A DNA stretch of 63,558 nucleotides from Guillardia theta CCMP2712 (Eukaryota > Protista > Cryptophyta). The stretch is from assembly GCF_000315625.1 (NCBI RefSeq), contig NW_005434665.1:940090-1003647 (forward strand). Direction: 5' to 3'. The notes below the pieces were generated by a model. The model was not told where the DNA came from, ran no database searches, and saw nothing but the letters and a program-made list of their open reading frames with translations. The number at the start of each line of letters is the position of its first letter. Within the stretch, counting starts at the first letter, position 1. Made by a program: the position numbers and the translations under genes. Shown piece by piece: positions 10,960-24,272 of the stretch.

Positions 10960-13461
10960 GTGGAACTTCGTTTGCAGTCAGCAGCCAGTTCTTCACAAAC
11001 TCTCCGTCCATCTCGAGTTTCTTGGCGCCCTGCCAGTCGGAGTCATGCACAACATGGCGACAGTGTTCTGAACCTGAGGGGCGATCCGAGCCTTGGTTCT
11101 CAACAGGTGGGTCTGCCGCCAGGTCAGCCCCATCCGCTCATCTCCATACCCTCACCAGCAGGCTCTCGATCACTGCGTCCACGATGCGCGGCCCAAGCTC
11201 CTGCACTGGGAGTCACGCGAGGCCACAGCACACAGGAGACCTGCCTGGGTCGCTTCGACTGGCAGCAAGTAGAGGGTCTCCATGGCAGGCGAGAGCAAGT
11301 CTGAAACCAGACGCTCCATGTACATGCTTGGACCGTCCCTGCTGCGACCTGTCGCCCATTCACCTGCTCCTTTCAGGTCTAGGAGGGGCTGAGCTGCCTG
11401 ACGAATCATTTCCAGCAAGAATTCTGAGGAGTGTGATAGAAGTTTACGGCATCCGTTAGCGATCGTCTCCAACCTCTCCGTTGCAAATCTTTCGCTGGGC
11501 TGCGGCCCAGCAGCACTGGCCTGCCCCATGCTGAGCTGCACTTTGAGCTGAGCCGAGAGCTGGGCTGAGAGTGACTCATATCCAAGGGAAATCTTGGTGA
11601 GGTCACCGTAGAGGAGGAAGAGAAACTTGAGGGAGCGGCTGCGAGGGTAATGGTTCTTCTGCTGGGAGTACCACGAGAGGAGAAAGGACATCATCACATG
11701 AAGGCGAGACATGACACATGACCGCATTCGCACAGAAAGTCGAAGATCGCACTGCACCAAGCTTGACACTGTATCCAAGAAAACGAGGGCGTGATACCCC
11801 ACCGATCCCATCTCTGTCCCATCGTTGATCTTCACTCTCTCGTCACGCGTCACTTCCTTTCGCACAGCATGCATCAGCCCAAGCGAGGAGCTCCAGAGCA
11901 AGTTGTCCACCAGGACATTGGACGCCTGATACCTCGAGGTTGGGAAGTTGAGTCGGTGGCTGTCGAGGCTGTCGGAAAGTGACCTTTGAAACGAGAAGTT
12001 AAGCGTTCCATGGTGATCTTCGTCATGGTCGGTTCGCACGAGAGCGCTTGAGGGCTTCCATCCGACGTTCCACAGGGTCAACGTGTAGTGTTCCTCTGCC
12101 AAGTGATGTCCTATCCTGTCCGCCACTGCCGCACTCACAAGACTTCTCCGCACGTCTTCTGAAGTGACGAGACAAGCGGTCCAAACTTGTTGCCACTCTT
12201 CTCTTACACACATCGCTGCGATGGGCATAAACCCGCACAAAGGAAGAATCTCTGACAACGAGCTTGACCCAACCCCTCCACGGTATGACCTGCTCAGTTC
12301 CTGCGGCCACCAAGCCTCTTCGTCCAATATTGTTTCAAGGATAGCAGCTATGCTCCTCCAATCCTGTCCCAGGAAATTTTTGTTGTCCAACTTCACGCTT
12401 GCAAGTCTCTGGCGATACATTTGATCTCGCAAGACGAAAGTGATTTGAATTAGATCTGACAGACTTGTCTGCTTTCTCGATGAGGAATGAGAGTTGACCT
12501 TTCTGGTCATCAGCTCAAATAAGTTCAGAGAAGACCTCGGCCATCTGGTACCTCTCCGCTCTTTCTCTTCATCCGTGTGCAAGTCACATTCTAATTGAAT
12601 TTGTCGAAGCCTCAGGCGAAGGTCTTGCAGCTGGCAAACAAACCTCAACAACTCCCTGATGTTTTGTTTTCTCAATTTCTTTTCACTAAGTAGTGATTTG
12701 AATTGTAAAGACAAACACTCCTCTGTTGTACTTATTGTATCATTGATGTCAGACTGGATGGCACATTCGATCTTTGACATGTTGGGTAAGTTTACACCTG
12801 GAAGTTTCTCCAGAAAGTACACACGCAGCTTTCTCAATTCGTCTATGTGCTTGCTGTGCACCTCAAGTTCTGAAAACAAAGAAGCATAATCTTCCCTTTC
12901 GATCATCGTGCCAAGTTTTGCCTTCAACGATCTCAGCGCAGAAACTCTTGAGAGTACATCACGTCGTAGGGCAAGCGTGCAGAGCTCGCTGCAGGAATTA
13001 ATCATCAGCTTGTACTTGGCCATGAGATGATTGTTGGCAGACAACGTCGTGAGATCGTTGCCGTTGGTTTCCATGAAGTTCACCAGGAGCGTCAGCGCTC
13101 TTTCAGTCGGTTGTCGCAGGAGGCCTGAAAGGGGATCAAGCGTGCTTGCGGCTTCTTCCTGCCGTTTCTCGGGGCCTCGGGGGGAGGGATGGTGTGCGAC
13201 GTTCCAGTCGGTGGTGCTGTCGAACCCGATGGACATCAGGTCCGAGGTCGACACCACGCTCATATCCCCGTCCGCCATGCTTGGCACGGGCGACCCGGGG
13301 ATGCTCTGCTGCTCGTCCTCGGGGAACACCGATCCCCCGACAGCCGAGGTATGGATAGGAGGGAGATAATGATGGCTCTCGTGCCCCTGCCCCTGCTCTC
13401 CCGCCCTCCTCCTTGCAGGCAACGGCTCCATGCCGCTCAGCCCTTTCCCTTTGAACGACAT
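10960..13461 (-). CDS. Helical protein with a CCDC142-like C-terminal region; 3' end uncertain
   Basis: Long exon in ORF 11170-13566, likely start MSFKGKG at 13461. The C-terminal PSMYMERLVSDLLSPAMETLYLLP and downstream DWQGAKKLEMDGEFVKNWL resemble recalled CCDC142 motifs. Confidence 0.5.
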
Positions 13462-13560
13462 GCCAGGAAATACAGGAAATAGTTTGTCGTGGATACTACC
13501 ACGGATACCATCACGGATACAGCGACGGATACAGTCACGGATACTTCGCGAATTGTCGGG

Positions 13561-14600
13561 ATGCACAGTGAAGGAGGGATGGTAAGAGTGAAGGTGAAGG
13601 TGAGAAGAAGAGCAGGAGACGGGGGGGGAACAACAGGAGATGTGTCGGGAGATGCCTCAAGCAACACCAACGAGGAGATGACTCTCCCTCCCTGCCTCAG
13701 CTCCTTTCAGTTTCAGCTGGGTGCCAACATGGTTCTACCAAGTATCGACCATGCATGCAGGAAGTGCGGGGTCGGAGATAGTTTTGTCTTGACGGAACGA
13801 GCATCATCACTCCTCGGCTACGAGTGGTGCGGCCAGTTGGGGCTGAGCGAAGAAGTACAAGTAGATGCGATCATGACGGTCACCGAGGTTCTATATCCAT
13901 ACGAGATGTACAGCAAACGCTTTGATGATAGAGTCGACATGGCAAACAAGATGAAAGAGCAAGGAAATGTAGATTTCCGAGCGAAACGATTCGCTGCATC
14001 TTTGAAGCGATACAAGAAAGCTGACGAGCTTTTGCATGACCTGGAACACAAGAATGCCTTCTCCTGGGCATTGCTCGACGAAGTAAAGGCCTCGCGGGCT
14101 CTATCAACTCAAGCGACGGTCTTGACGAACATGGCAGCTTGTAAGGCTCTGTTCCTGTGCTTTCTTGCCTCACCAGCTTCAGGTTATCTTGCCCTTGGTC
14201 CCCGGTACTCGTCAAATGCTCTGCTGGCCTGCGACAGGGCGATGGAGATCGACAGGACTAGCTGCAAGTGCTTCTACCGACGAGCCAAGGTGCCTCGAGC
14301 GCTAGACGCCTGACGTGAGGCAGCTGACCAGAGGCAGGCAAAGATGGCCATGGGGGAGAAGGAGTCAGCGATGGAGGACCTCCGTCAGTGTCTCAGGCAC
14401 TCGCCTCCTCCCGCATGCTGCTCTGACGTTGGGGTAGGATTGAACCGCACAATCAAGAAGCACTCATGCTCCTCAAGTCTCTCGAGCCCAACGAGGCGTG
14501 AAGGAGTGAACCTCGTACCAGGAAGCTGAAGCTGAGGGGCTGCATGCCATCATACGCCATCGCCGTGCATTCAGCATACATCATGAAGCGACGTGATCAC
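13561..14600 (+). CDS. FKBP-like (degenerate) plus TPR protein
   Basis: FQFQLGANMVLPSIDHACRKCGVGD resembles an FKBP core. ANKMKEQGNVDFRAKRFAASLKRYKKA, NMAAC and ALLACDRAMEIDRTSCKCFYRRAK are FKBP/cyclophilin-type TPRs. Confidence 0.7.
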
Positions 14601-14699
14601 TAGCGTCATCCAAGTTTCTTCCGCCGTTACTCCATCCTGATCGACCGAACGTGTATATACACCTCAAGCTTGACCTCCCCTATAGTACATCTTGATGTC

Positions 14700-17637
14700 T
14701 ACGTTCCATTTCGCATCTTGGCAACAAGGCGGCGGATGCAGTCCATTGACAACACCTGCAGGCAGGTCAGGCCTACGCGCTCAGGTGGAGGAGGAAGAAG
14801 CGCCGGAGCTCACCGTGATGATCGGCCACACAGAGGCGCACGCGAGGATGCCGAAGCCTTCAGAGGCCTGCACGGCTTTACTGCATCCGATACCTGTTGA
14901 CAGCACGAAAGGGACAGTGACGGGGCCTGTCGTCACTCCCGCCGAATCCCAAGCGATGTTGATGAAATCTTCATGAGTGAAGGACGTGAGGAAAAGAGCC
15001 ACTGCGTACTTGAGGAGAATGAACCAGATCAAACCTGCCCCAAAGAGAATTTTTGTCGCTCCCACTGCCATGCCTGTCCCGACTCCGAAGCACACGGCAT
15101 AAATCAACATCTTCTTCGTGAAGGCCCCCTTGGTCATCTTCTCAACAGTAGCTCCGACAACGTTGAGCGCTGGCTCTGCTCTTGTGGCTGCCACACCCAA
15201 CATGAACATGGTTCCCAGCGCTATCGTGACCCCCACACCAAAAGAGTAATACGGCGAGCCTTCTTCTTGCTGCGTGTCGATGAATGCGGCTGGAAGGAGA
15301 GTACCAACCTGATCTCCGATCGACGTGAACCCGAAGTTGAGACCAAGATTGAACATCGCCATGCCCACCTGGGCTTGCAGAACTCCGCACAACAGCACGA
15401 CATATTTGTGATGTGGTGCAGGCTCAGGTTCAAGGACAATCGGCAAGTGCTGGAGACTTTGACGGTTTTCATCCAAACTGGCAGAATCTCGAGCTTCTGC
15501 TGACTTGCGAGAGGGAAGGAGTTCCATCGACATCCTTTCCCCTCCATGATGCACGGCATCTACAGTGCTGTTGAACTTGACCTCCCGTGACATGCGGGAT
15601 TTTGATTGCTTCGAGGTTTCCTGGGTGTGAATCCTCTCGTCGCTCGTACGCACATACTCCTCAGACCGGTTTCTCTCTGTCTCCTTCACGCTGACACTGA
15701 TTTCCATTGGAGCAAGGCCAACTCCTCCAGCAGGCTCTGGACCACTAGCTTCCGGAGTGACATTCGAAACGTTGTCTACAGGGATTTCTTGCCAGCTTCG
15801 TCTTCTCGATTCATCTCTTATTGGGTGTTCAAGTTCTCCTGTGAAGGCAGCATTCATCAGATCAAGCTCTGACTTGATATTCTCATCAACTTTGACTTCA
15901 GGCTTTTGCTCTTTCGCGGTCATGTCAACTTCCTTTTGTTTCCTGTTGGCCAGTTCAACTGAGTCCCTTGACCTCTTTTCAGCCGATCTGCGATCCATCG
16001 ATTTTCTGAAGGGAAAGTTGGAGGCATGTCGAAATGAGGTAGGAATGCCATTGGCTGTCGCTGCAGTGTAGGCAGTGAAAGCGTCAATTGCCCTGCCAAA
16101 GTTCACCAGACCTCCCCGACTGCTGAACTTTGAACCGAAGGTTGTGAAGGACCGAATGAAATCCATTGATTTTCTGAGATCAAGCGATCTTCGGATGTCA
16201 AAACTAAATCGGCTATAGGATTGATCTGTGCTTCTGAAGTTCGAAACAAGAAAAGAGTCAGATGAAGGTCAAAAGCATGGTGTCACAAACCTTCTTTCTG
16301 AGGATGCCCTCCTGTCGTAGCCCTCGCTGGGGTTTATCACCTCTACAGGAAGGTAGTAGGTGAACTCTGGTAGAGGCTTCCTGAGAACGACCAACACAAG
16401 AAGAACCAGAGAGATGTTGAGAGGTAGGATTGCCCTCACTGATAACAATGATCAGCGCCAGCACAAACCCGTTTTTAAGGAAAAGAGAAGGAAGTTCCAA
16501 AGTTAGGAGGGAAAACTCAAAGGTCACGTGTAAAAAGGATTTCAGAGACTTGTGGGATCGTACCTGCGTAGTAAATTTCTCGAACAGGAGTGATCTCCAG
16601 TGGATCAGATGTGTCGATAGGCGGAGGCCTCATGTTGATGATGTCTTCATGAGTGTATTGCATCTTGAGGCCGATCGCAAGTAATTCAACAGCCAAGACA
16701 GGCAGCAATGATGCCAGAGTCACAATACCAAACCCTGAAGGTAGCGAGCGATCAGGGATGAAAATCTTATGATACAGTTACCTTCCAAAGCATCAGCAGC
16801 TGCTTGAGCGACTATTTCTCTCCCTCGCATCTTAGCTTCACGTTCTCGGCGCTTTTCTCGCTGCGTCTTCATCACTCCAATACCTAACGCAAGGAGCACT
16901 GGAACTGTAACAGGTCCTGTCGTGACAGCACCGCAGTCCCAAGCTAAGCCCAGAAGAGGACGGAGTTCTTTATCTCCCCACCACATGTAACCAGCACACA
17001 GGAGGGTCGGGCCCATTAGCAGGGCGATCATCGGCTTCAATGACCAACCCCTGACGAAACGCAGAGTTCCCAACATGGCTGCAAGCCCAACCCCCAGACC
17101 AATGCAGAAGACCAGCAGCTCTTGCTTCTCCATGAGAGCGCAGTACAGGTAGGGAGCCACCTCGGGATCGACCAGCCGTGCGAGCGGGCGGAGGGAAGTG
17201 ATCGCAGGCTCAGCGTAGGTGACAAGAATCCCTAAGAAGCAGGTTGACGCGAGGACCGCAGGAAGCGGAAGCGACTTGGGCAGCTCAGTCCCCAGCTGCT
17301 CACTCAGCGGCATGACAACGACACGTAGAGAGTCCACGAAAAGAGTGAGTCCAAGGATGGCAAAGAACATCCCGATCGCTACTTCTCCAGGCGAAGACAC
17401 CGTCTTGCCGAAAAAGATTCCCATGACCGATATAAGCAGGATAGAGATTGGAATCACGGCCGAAACCTGCTCCATGAACAACCCAAAGTAATGCTCAAAG
17501 AGCCTTGCATCTTTGATAGACCATCCACGGTCAAGGAGCTCCTCCTTCCACCGCTCAGCGCTGAGCCATTCAAACATCTGGAAAGGAACAGAGGTTAATC
17601 GAGGTATCAACAAGCTTTCGACAATAATGCTGAGCAA
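14700..17637 (-). CDS. Membrane protein with two fused DUF1538 domains
   Basis: The signature occurs twice: YAEPA...LAWDCGAVTTGPVTVPVLLALGIG and RAEPAL...IAWDSAGVTTGPVTVPFVLSTGIG...EGFGILACAS. Multiple TM helices. Ends approximate. Confidence 0.85.
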
Positions 17638-18780
17638 ATCACATCTTATCCTTTCTGATATCCTTGTCCCGCAACTTGCAAGTCGGTTTCAAACAGTTGT
17701 CTCATTCGTCTTCTCTCTTTCACAAGATGTCAAATTCTTATCCTCTTTTTCACATCAGACCCAACATGAAAGAGAAAACAACATAGGCGCCTGGAGCGAC
17801 GACTGGAGATGGCAAGACAAGAAACGAGAAAAGAAAGGAAAGGTGGTAATGCTGAAACAATGAAGTCGAGAGAATACGATTGACAGCAGAGTGAAAACAA
17901 GTGAGGTGGGGAAGCGTGGATGGGGAATGAGGGGGAACAATGCCTGGGGAACGGGGGAACAACGGAAGTGCACGAAGGGAAGCATAATGAAGCAAAATGA
18001 AGGGAACAAGAGATGAACACAAGTAGCTGGAGAACAGACAAGAAGACGAAGAGAAGATCAACGAAGAGGATGGCTGCATGCGGCGTGAAGGAGAGACTTC
18101 AGCTCGTGCATGTTCGATAGTTGTTTCGCAGCCATTGCAGGGGGAATATAGGGGCAAAAGAATTTCGAGGGGATGTGTGGGGGTGGGGTAGGTACCCTAC
18201 AACAGAAGCCGATAATGGAGTCAGAAAAGGGGGTGATGGAACAGGAGGAATAAGGGGGGTAGGTGGCGATGGGGTAGGGGGTGTACGTGGAAATGTGGGG
18301 ATCAAGGGAGTGACCTGCCCAAGCTCATGGGGTAGGGTATTGAAGGGGTGGGGTAGTCTCATGAGGGGTAGTGTTAAAGTATCATACAAACCTATCACAA
18401 AAAAAAGCAAATCATCAGAAATGAAAGGTGGGGTCATAGTGGGGGGTTATCATAAGGGGGTAGGGTACATTCAGTAGGTAGGGTACATCGCACAAAGAAG
18501 TTCGTAGAGTTAACGTTAAAATATTGATTTAATATTAAATAATAAAAAATAATGTTATATAAAATTTAACGTTAGACATAATTTTAATGCAAAATGCATG
18601 TTTTACGCTAATTTCGAAGTGCGCACTGAGAGTTTGTCTTGGGTTATTAGCATATTTAGTTTTTATTCATTGAACGAATGAGTGAAATTTTGATCTAACA
18701 ATAAGCCAAAGATGTTGAAATAACCTATAATTTGGCTAATAGTTGGGCTAATAGGGGCAAGGGAGCAGTGCGAAGAGAAC

Positions 18781-20062
18781 ATGCGAGAAGCTATGAGGGA
18801 TATGAAAGAGCTTGACATATCATGACATATCATGAGATATCATGAGAGCCAGGTAGATCTGAACTGGAAGAGAAAGCGCGACACAGGATGTTTGGAGCAG
18901 ACTTTCAGGAAGGTGATCATCAGGATGTCAAGGGAAGAAGGAAGGACAACAGGGCAAATAGTTCGATATGCATGTGAAATTTCTTGACGCATTTGCCTTG
19001 CTCTCGACAGGTTTCTAACTCCTTGTCCAGAACCCAGAGTAGTGGATCGACGAGCAATTAAGTTCAAACTTGTGAAGGATTGCCCTGTAAGTGAGCAAGG
19101 GAGGAACTTCAACGAAAGTGTTTGAGGTTGTGAGGGTAATCATTCGGAAAAATAAGTGATCAATCTTTGAGTAGTCTTCATTTCTCATAATTTTGTTGCT
19201 TTTAATATTAGCCGTAAACATGGAAATTTGTGCTGCAATTTCTAGATCGCCTTACTACTCAACAAAGGTAAATTCGCCTTGGATACTGGTCTAAGATATC
19301 CTGACATTGGGGTAAAGATGTCATCCTGTTCAAATCTCAACCTTTGCTGTCGAGTGCCGTCTAGCCAAGGTCGAAGGGCCAAGATGCAACAAGGATCTCT
19401 CTCCAAGATCTTCAAATTTCTGTCTATGACTTGTTTGCCCATTTCAACTTCGGTTGCACGTTTTTGCGATGTTATGTCTGAGTGGAAGGATTCTTTGACA
19501 TCAATGTTCTGCCTTTTGAAGAATGGAGTGTATGCAGTGACTGTCGGAGCTTTCATCTCTGGCCTTGATGTTTTAGATGATCATGCAAGGGGCTCAGAAA
19601 TATCCAACCTTGGCATCCATGGTGAAGCGGAAGAAGCTCTGGGTATGCTCGAGAGGAACGGTTTCTTGCGTGCTTGGGTCAAACATACGGATTGCGTTGA
19701 CGGATCAAGTAGACAGGTTTCTGTGACGTTGTCCAAGATAAGGAGAGACATCAGGTAGGGTTAGCTTCTTATCTTCCTGTATGTGCTTACTCTAATGATC
19801 ATTGACCTTCCGTGACCTTTCAACTCCCCGCAGATTGAATGAAAATGAAGGAGACGAAGAATGTAGATGGACTTCATGTCAAGGTGAAGACTGCTCTGTG
19901 TGTATGGATTCTAGTGCAGATGCCACGTTGCACCCATGTGGTCATTCACAACTGTGTCGGAGATGCGCTGTGGTCCTTGTCGTGAGAAAGGGGAAGCAAA
20001 ACGCCCCAGCATGTCCTCTTTGTCGAGCTCCAATAACGCATGTGACAATTGCCGAGCGATGA
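18781..20062 (+). CDS. C-terminal C3HC4 RING finger protein (putative E3 ligase)
   Basis: CSVCMDSSADATLHPCGHSQLCRRCA...CPLCRAPI in the last exon. Upstream exons and start are uncertain. Confidence 0.7.
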
Positions 20063-20285
20063 TGACGCACTTTCGAGATACTTGCGTCTCCTCTTTCCTG
20101 TTCTTGTCTGTTGAAGGAAGATGGTATGGGAGCAAGAAAGAGAGGAAGTGAGGGCTCCTTCTATCCTTCTGCGAAGATTCGGTGGCTGGTTTGTTGTACA
20201 GTAAAGCCTGAAAGAGCTACATGTAGTTTCTCACACTGACAACCGCCAACGTGGTGCCTCTAGTCCTCTGGTGGCCTGGCAAGGC

Positions 20286-21429
20286 TCAAGGATCGGCATG
20301 AATCGCACATGTTGTACTCTGTGAATGAATCAAGGGAAGTCGAGCAATAATCAGTCACCTTGAATCTCGATTTATTATCGTCGTCGTCCTTGTTGAGCCT
20401 GTGTGCTGACATCAGGTGGGAATGAGGGGCGGCAGTATTACCGAGTGGAGTAAGACACGTACACAAGTGTGTTAGTCTCTTCGTCGTAAACTCGCCGAAC
20501 CTGCAGCATGTCAGCAACTAGAACAAGAAGTAGCTCGAGGTACTCGAAGGCTCTTGAACAGCAGAGATCTCGCCTGCGGAAGGCGTGAGCTTCAGCAGTC
20601 CATGAGAGGATGAGGTTGCCTGCTCGAAGACTTCTTCTCCTTCTTTTCCTTTCTTCATGTCGGCAGCGAATCTGCAGATCACGTGATAAGGATCATTCTT
20701 TCATCCCTGCCTCCCATCACTCGATCGGGCCAGTCCTAGCGCAGGCGATGGAGGCCTGCGTGGGGTCCGAGAAGAAGTTCTTCTGCAGCCTGTCGGTGAT
20801 GGGGCGCTCGAAGTCGGTGATGTAGAGCTCCACCCCCTTCACTTTGGGGTCCTGGCGGGACAATGAGAGGAAGCAGCAGAGCGGCGGGAGACGAGCACCT
20901 TGAAGGAAGTGACCTTGATGATGTCCTTGAAGATGAGGCCTGGTGACACCGATGAGAAGGACACACGAGGCAGGAGCGAGGCAGGGATGAGCCATGAGGC
21001 CGTTCTTTCCTGAAGCTGGAATCTCGCCTATCTCCCGAGGATCGTCATTGGCTCCTGCCACTGCACAGAAATCACAACAAGGGCGAGAAGAAGGTGTTTG
21101 ACCTGCAGGGAGGAAGGAGGAGGCGAGAGCTCCAGCCGTCAGAGAGAGGAAGCTCTTCCTTCCGACTGCAACCAAGTGAGAGGGTCGCACGCGGGTGATA
21201 CAGATGAACATCGATCAGCATCAGGAGATCCTGACGACATGCTGAATGCTGCTGCTCGTCGCTGGACATGGCATAGCTGCTGCCTTATCAGAGCAGAACT
21301 CTATCAAACTTGGTCAGCGGGCAGCAAGTGTGAGCTGATTGCTGTTACCCTCGTATTCCCAGGTAGAGTCTGGCTCCATGCAGCACAACTAGGAAGGAGA
21401 ATGGCAAGGAACAATGGCGCTTTCATCAT
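20286..21429 (-). CDS. creA: CreA family protein, plastid (probably thylakoid lumen) targeted
   Basis: Spliced product ...IFKDIIKVISFKDPKVKGVELYITDFERPITDRLQKNFFSDPTQASIACARTGP...GEEVFEQARSLLFKSLRVRRVYDEETNTLVYVSYSTR. N-terminal signal MMKAPLFLAILLPSCAA|W. Confidence 0.85.
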
Positions 21430-22976
21430 CTGTGGGCAATATGTGAGCCATTTCGAACGGTTAGGTCATCTGTTTGCGAGTGGTTTCTTCCTTCACTGGT
21501 TACTTTCGCCTATTGCTTTCGCTCTCCGTCATCTTTCTCCATCTCTTCCACCGTCTCGTCTCTCTTCCCTTTCTGCTCCTGCCTCGCAACTTTTAAAAGT
21601 TTAACCAAGAAATCTCTTTATTGACTGAAAAAGAAGGGCAAACCGGAGCAAACAAAGGAGGACGAGGATAAAGCCTACAAACCCGCCTCAATAAAATACT
21701 AGGAAACGAAGGAGGCAGTGAAAACCGCTACTCCAACCACGCAAGAGACGGCCGCGTGATGCACGACAAGCAGGGGACTAAGGATCATAGGACAAACTTA
21801 GCAGTCTGTCACTAGTAGCGCAAGGATCCTGCCACGGAGGAGGACGGCAATACCCATGCGAGAGCGATACTGCCGACTCGCCAGACGAGCTGTAATAAGC
21901 TTTCAAGTTAGGCCCGGCGGCCCCCCGGCGGCCCGGCGGCGCCGGGCGCCGGGCCCGCATGGCAGTGGCCCACCCCGGGCCCGGGACAGTGCGGCATCAT
22001 GGCATGACGTGACGGTTTCAATCAACCGTGTGATTCAGATTCCCGGAACCGTTTGGCCCACCGTCACGCGCCGGTGACGAACGGTCGGCCCACGGCGTGG
22101 CACGCCGTGGCTCGTAACTTGCTTGCCACGGTCGCAGGACTGACCGTACTCACTGAGTCACCGTCGGTGCCGACCGGGCCCAGTGCCACCGGAGCCGCTT
22201 CATGGGCCGCTTCAAGTTGACTCCCGGTCACTCGGAACTTCGGGCATGATCGCCGGGCGCCGATCATCGGCGCCGGGCCGGGCCCGGAGTCCCGCCGCAC
22301 TCACCGGGTGACCGTACCGTCCGGCCCGTGCCAGTGTACCGTGACGACGGTAGCCCGGCCTCTGAGAATCGAGTGACACCGTACGGTCCGGCGTGGCACG
22401 GGATCATGGTTGTTGCAGTAGCAACGGTCACCCGGCGGAGCAACTTCAGTCAACTCACAACGGTCATCAGTGTCCGACTCGCCGTCACTGAAGCACCTCC
22501 TGACGCCTTTTCCAGTACCCGTACCGATAACCCTCTGCACCCACCCCTACCCATGTGACATCCGCAGAATACCCCTCCTTTTACCCGAATAAGTACCGGT
22601 ATTTATTGACCCAAACAGTAAATGACTTCATTGTCCGAGAGTGTAAGTGGGTGGGTGGGTGGGTGCCGTACCCCCCACGGGTGATCATTTAGTGATACCT
22701 TCACGAGGAAACGATCTCCCTAGGGGTGCAAATACAGATATATAAGGGGGTAGGGGTGTGTACCCACCAAGGGATCCCTGGAGCGTTGAGTCGGGTCAGG
22801 ATGTTTGAGAACAGGGTAGGGTACAGGCATCTCTAGGGGTAGGGGTGGTAACATATAGGATGGACGGGACCATTCAAAGGGGAATTGGCTCATAGCTTGT
22901 GGGTGGGGTGAGACCCAAAGGGGGGTGGGGGGTGGGGGTATATAACCCGTCAGGACGAGGCCGTCGGTGTCTCACA

Positions 22977-23912
22977 ATGCTCAGAGCCGCTGCAGCCTCC
23001 GCCCTCGTCGCCAGCGCCTTCGCGTTCACTGCTCCTGCTGCCTCCCCGGGACTTCGCGCCAAGCCCTCGGTGAGAAGCTGCCGGGTCCTGTGCCTCCCTC
23101 ATGTCAGGGCCTCTCAACGATTACACCACAGAAGATGGTGGATGCTAACTGGTCGTGTGAATGGCATTGGAGGAGGTGGCGTGCGAGATGTTGTTTGCTG
23201 GCTGCAATTTCGGGAACTGCGAGAAATTTGAGACAAATGTTTGTGCTGATGTGATTGGAGTATCCTCCTTGCTTTCTGTTGCCAGCATTTTGACACGCGC
23301 GTTCGAGCCTCACGCATGACGTGGCGATTTGCGCTCACCAGTATGTGTTAGGTATGCGCAGTTGAGATGCAGGCTGACGGCCTCTCTCGCCGTGACCTCA
23401 TCAAGAACGTGGCTGCCTTCGGGGTTGCTGCTGCTCCCGTGCTCGCCAATGCTGAGATTGACTATGCCAACGTTCCTTTCCTCGGAGGGTCTGACAAGAT
23501 CGATATCAACAACGCCAACGTTCGTGTGTACACCAAGGTAAGGACCAGCAGCAGAGAAGGAAGAGGGGAGAGTGCCAGAAGGGGGCTTGTCTCTTGTCTC
23601 TCCTGGTCTGACCTTCCTCTCAGCTTCCTGGCATGTACCCAACCATCGCAGGCATCATCTGCAAGGTGACACGACCATGAACACATCTGTTGGCTCACAC
23701 CTGTATCAGTACGGACCTTACCAGACGGTCGAGGATCTCTACAAGGTTCCCAGCCTTTCTGCCGAGCAGAAGCAGATCATCAAGAAGTATGAGAAGAACC
23801 TCCTCGCCCTGGACCCTGCTCCTGAGGTCAGACCTCAATCCTTGCCTTGCTTGGCGTCTAACCTGTCTTGCAGTACATTGAGGATAAGTTCAACAACGGG
23901 CTTTACCGGTAA
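22977..23912 (+). CDS. psbU: Photosystem II extrinsic protein PsbU, nuclear-encoded with tripartite targeting sequence
   Basis: Signal MLRAAAASALVASAFA|F, Tat signal SRRDLIKNVAAFGVAAAPVLANA, mature KIDINNANVRVYTKLPGMYPTIA...GPYQTVEDL...EDKFNNGLYR, stop at 23910-23912. Confidence 0.96.
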
Positions 23913-24272
23913 ACATGTAGAAAACAAAGTCGCGGGGAGTGAAGAGGATGGGAGATGGGGGATGTCGTCTTTTAGATTGTCATAAAGTATTATGAGATTC
24001 CCCTGTGCGTAAAATATACTCATCCAGGCAATCGAAACTATCAACGTTGACGATGAACCTTACGCAAACCTAATCAAGTGGGAAGATATGTATGGATTGT
24101 TCAACTGAAGGGAAGGCAGCATATTACTGCCGATATTGGCGTGCGAGAGTGATAATGTTTCAGTATTTCGTAGTTCACTGCTAAACACTTGATATTTACG
24201 TCACCGGACATACTACATTTTCACTGTCACTGAAATTTGAAGTTGATCTCAAGCCAGGTGTACACTTCTTCT

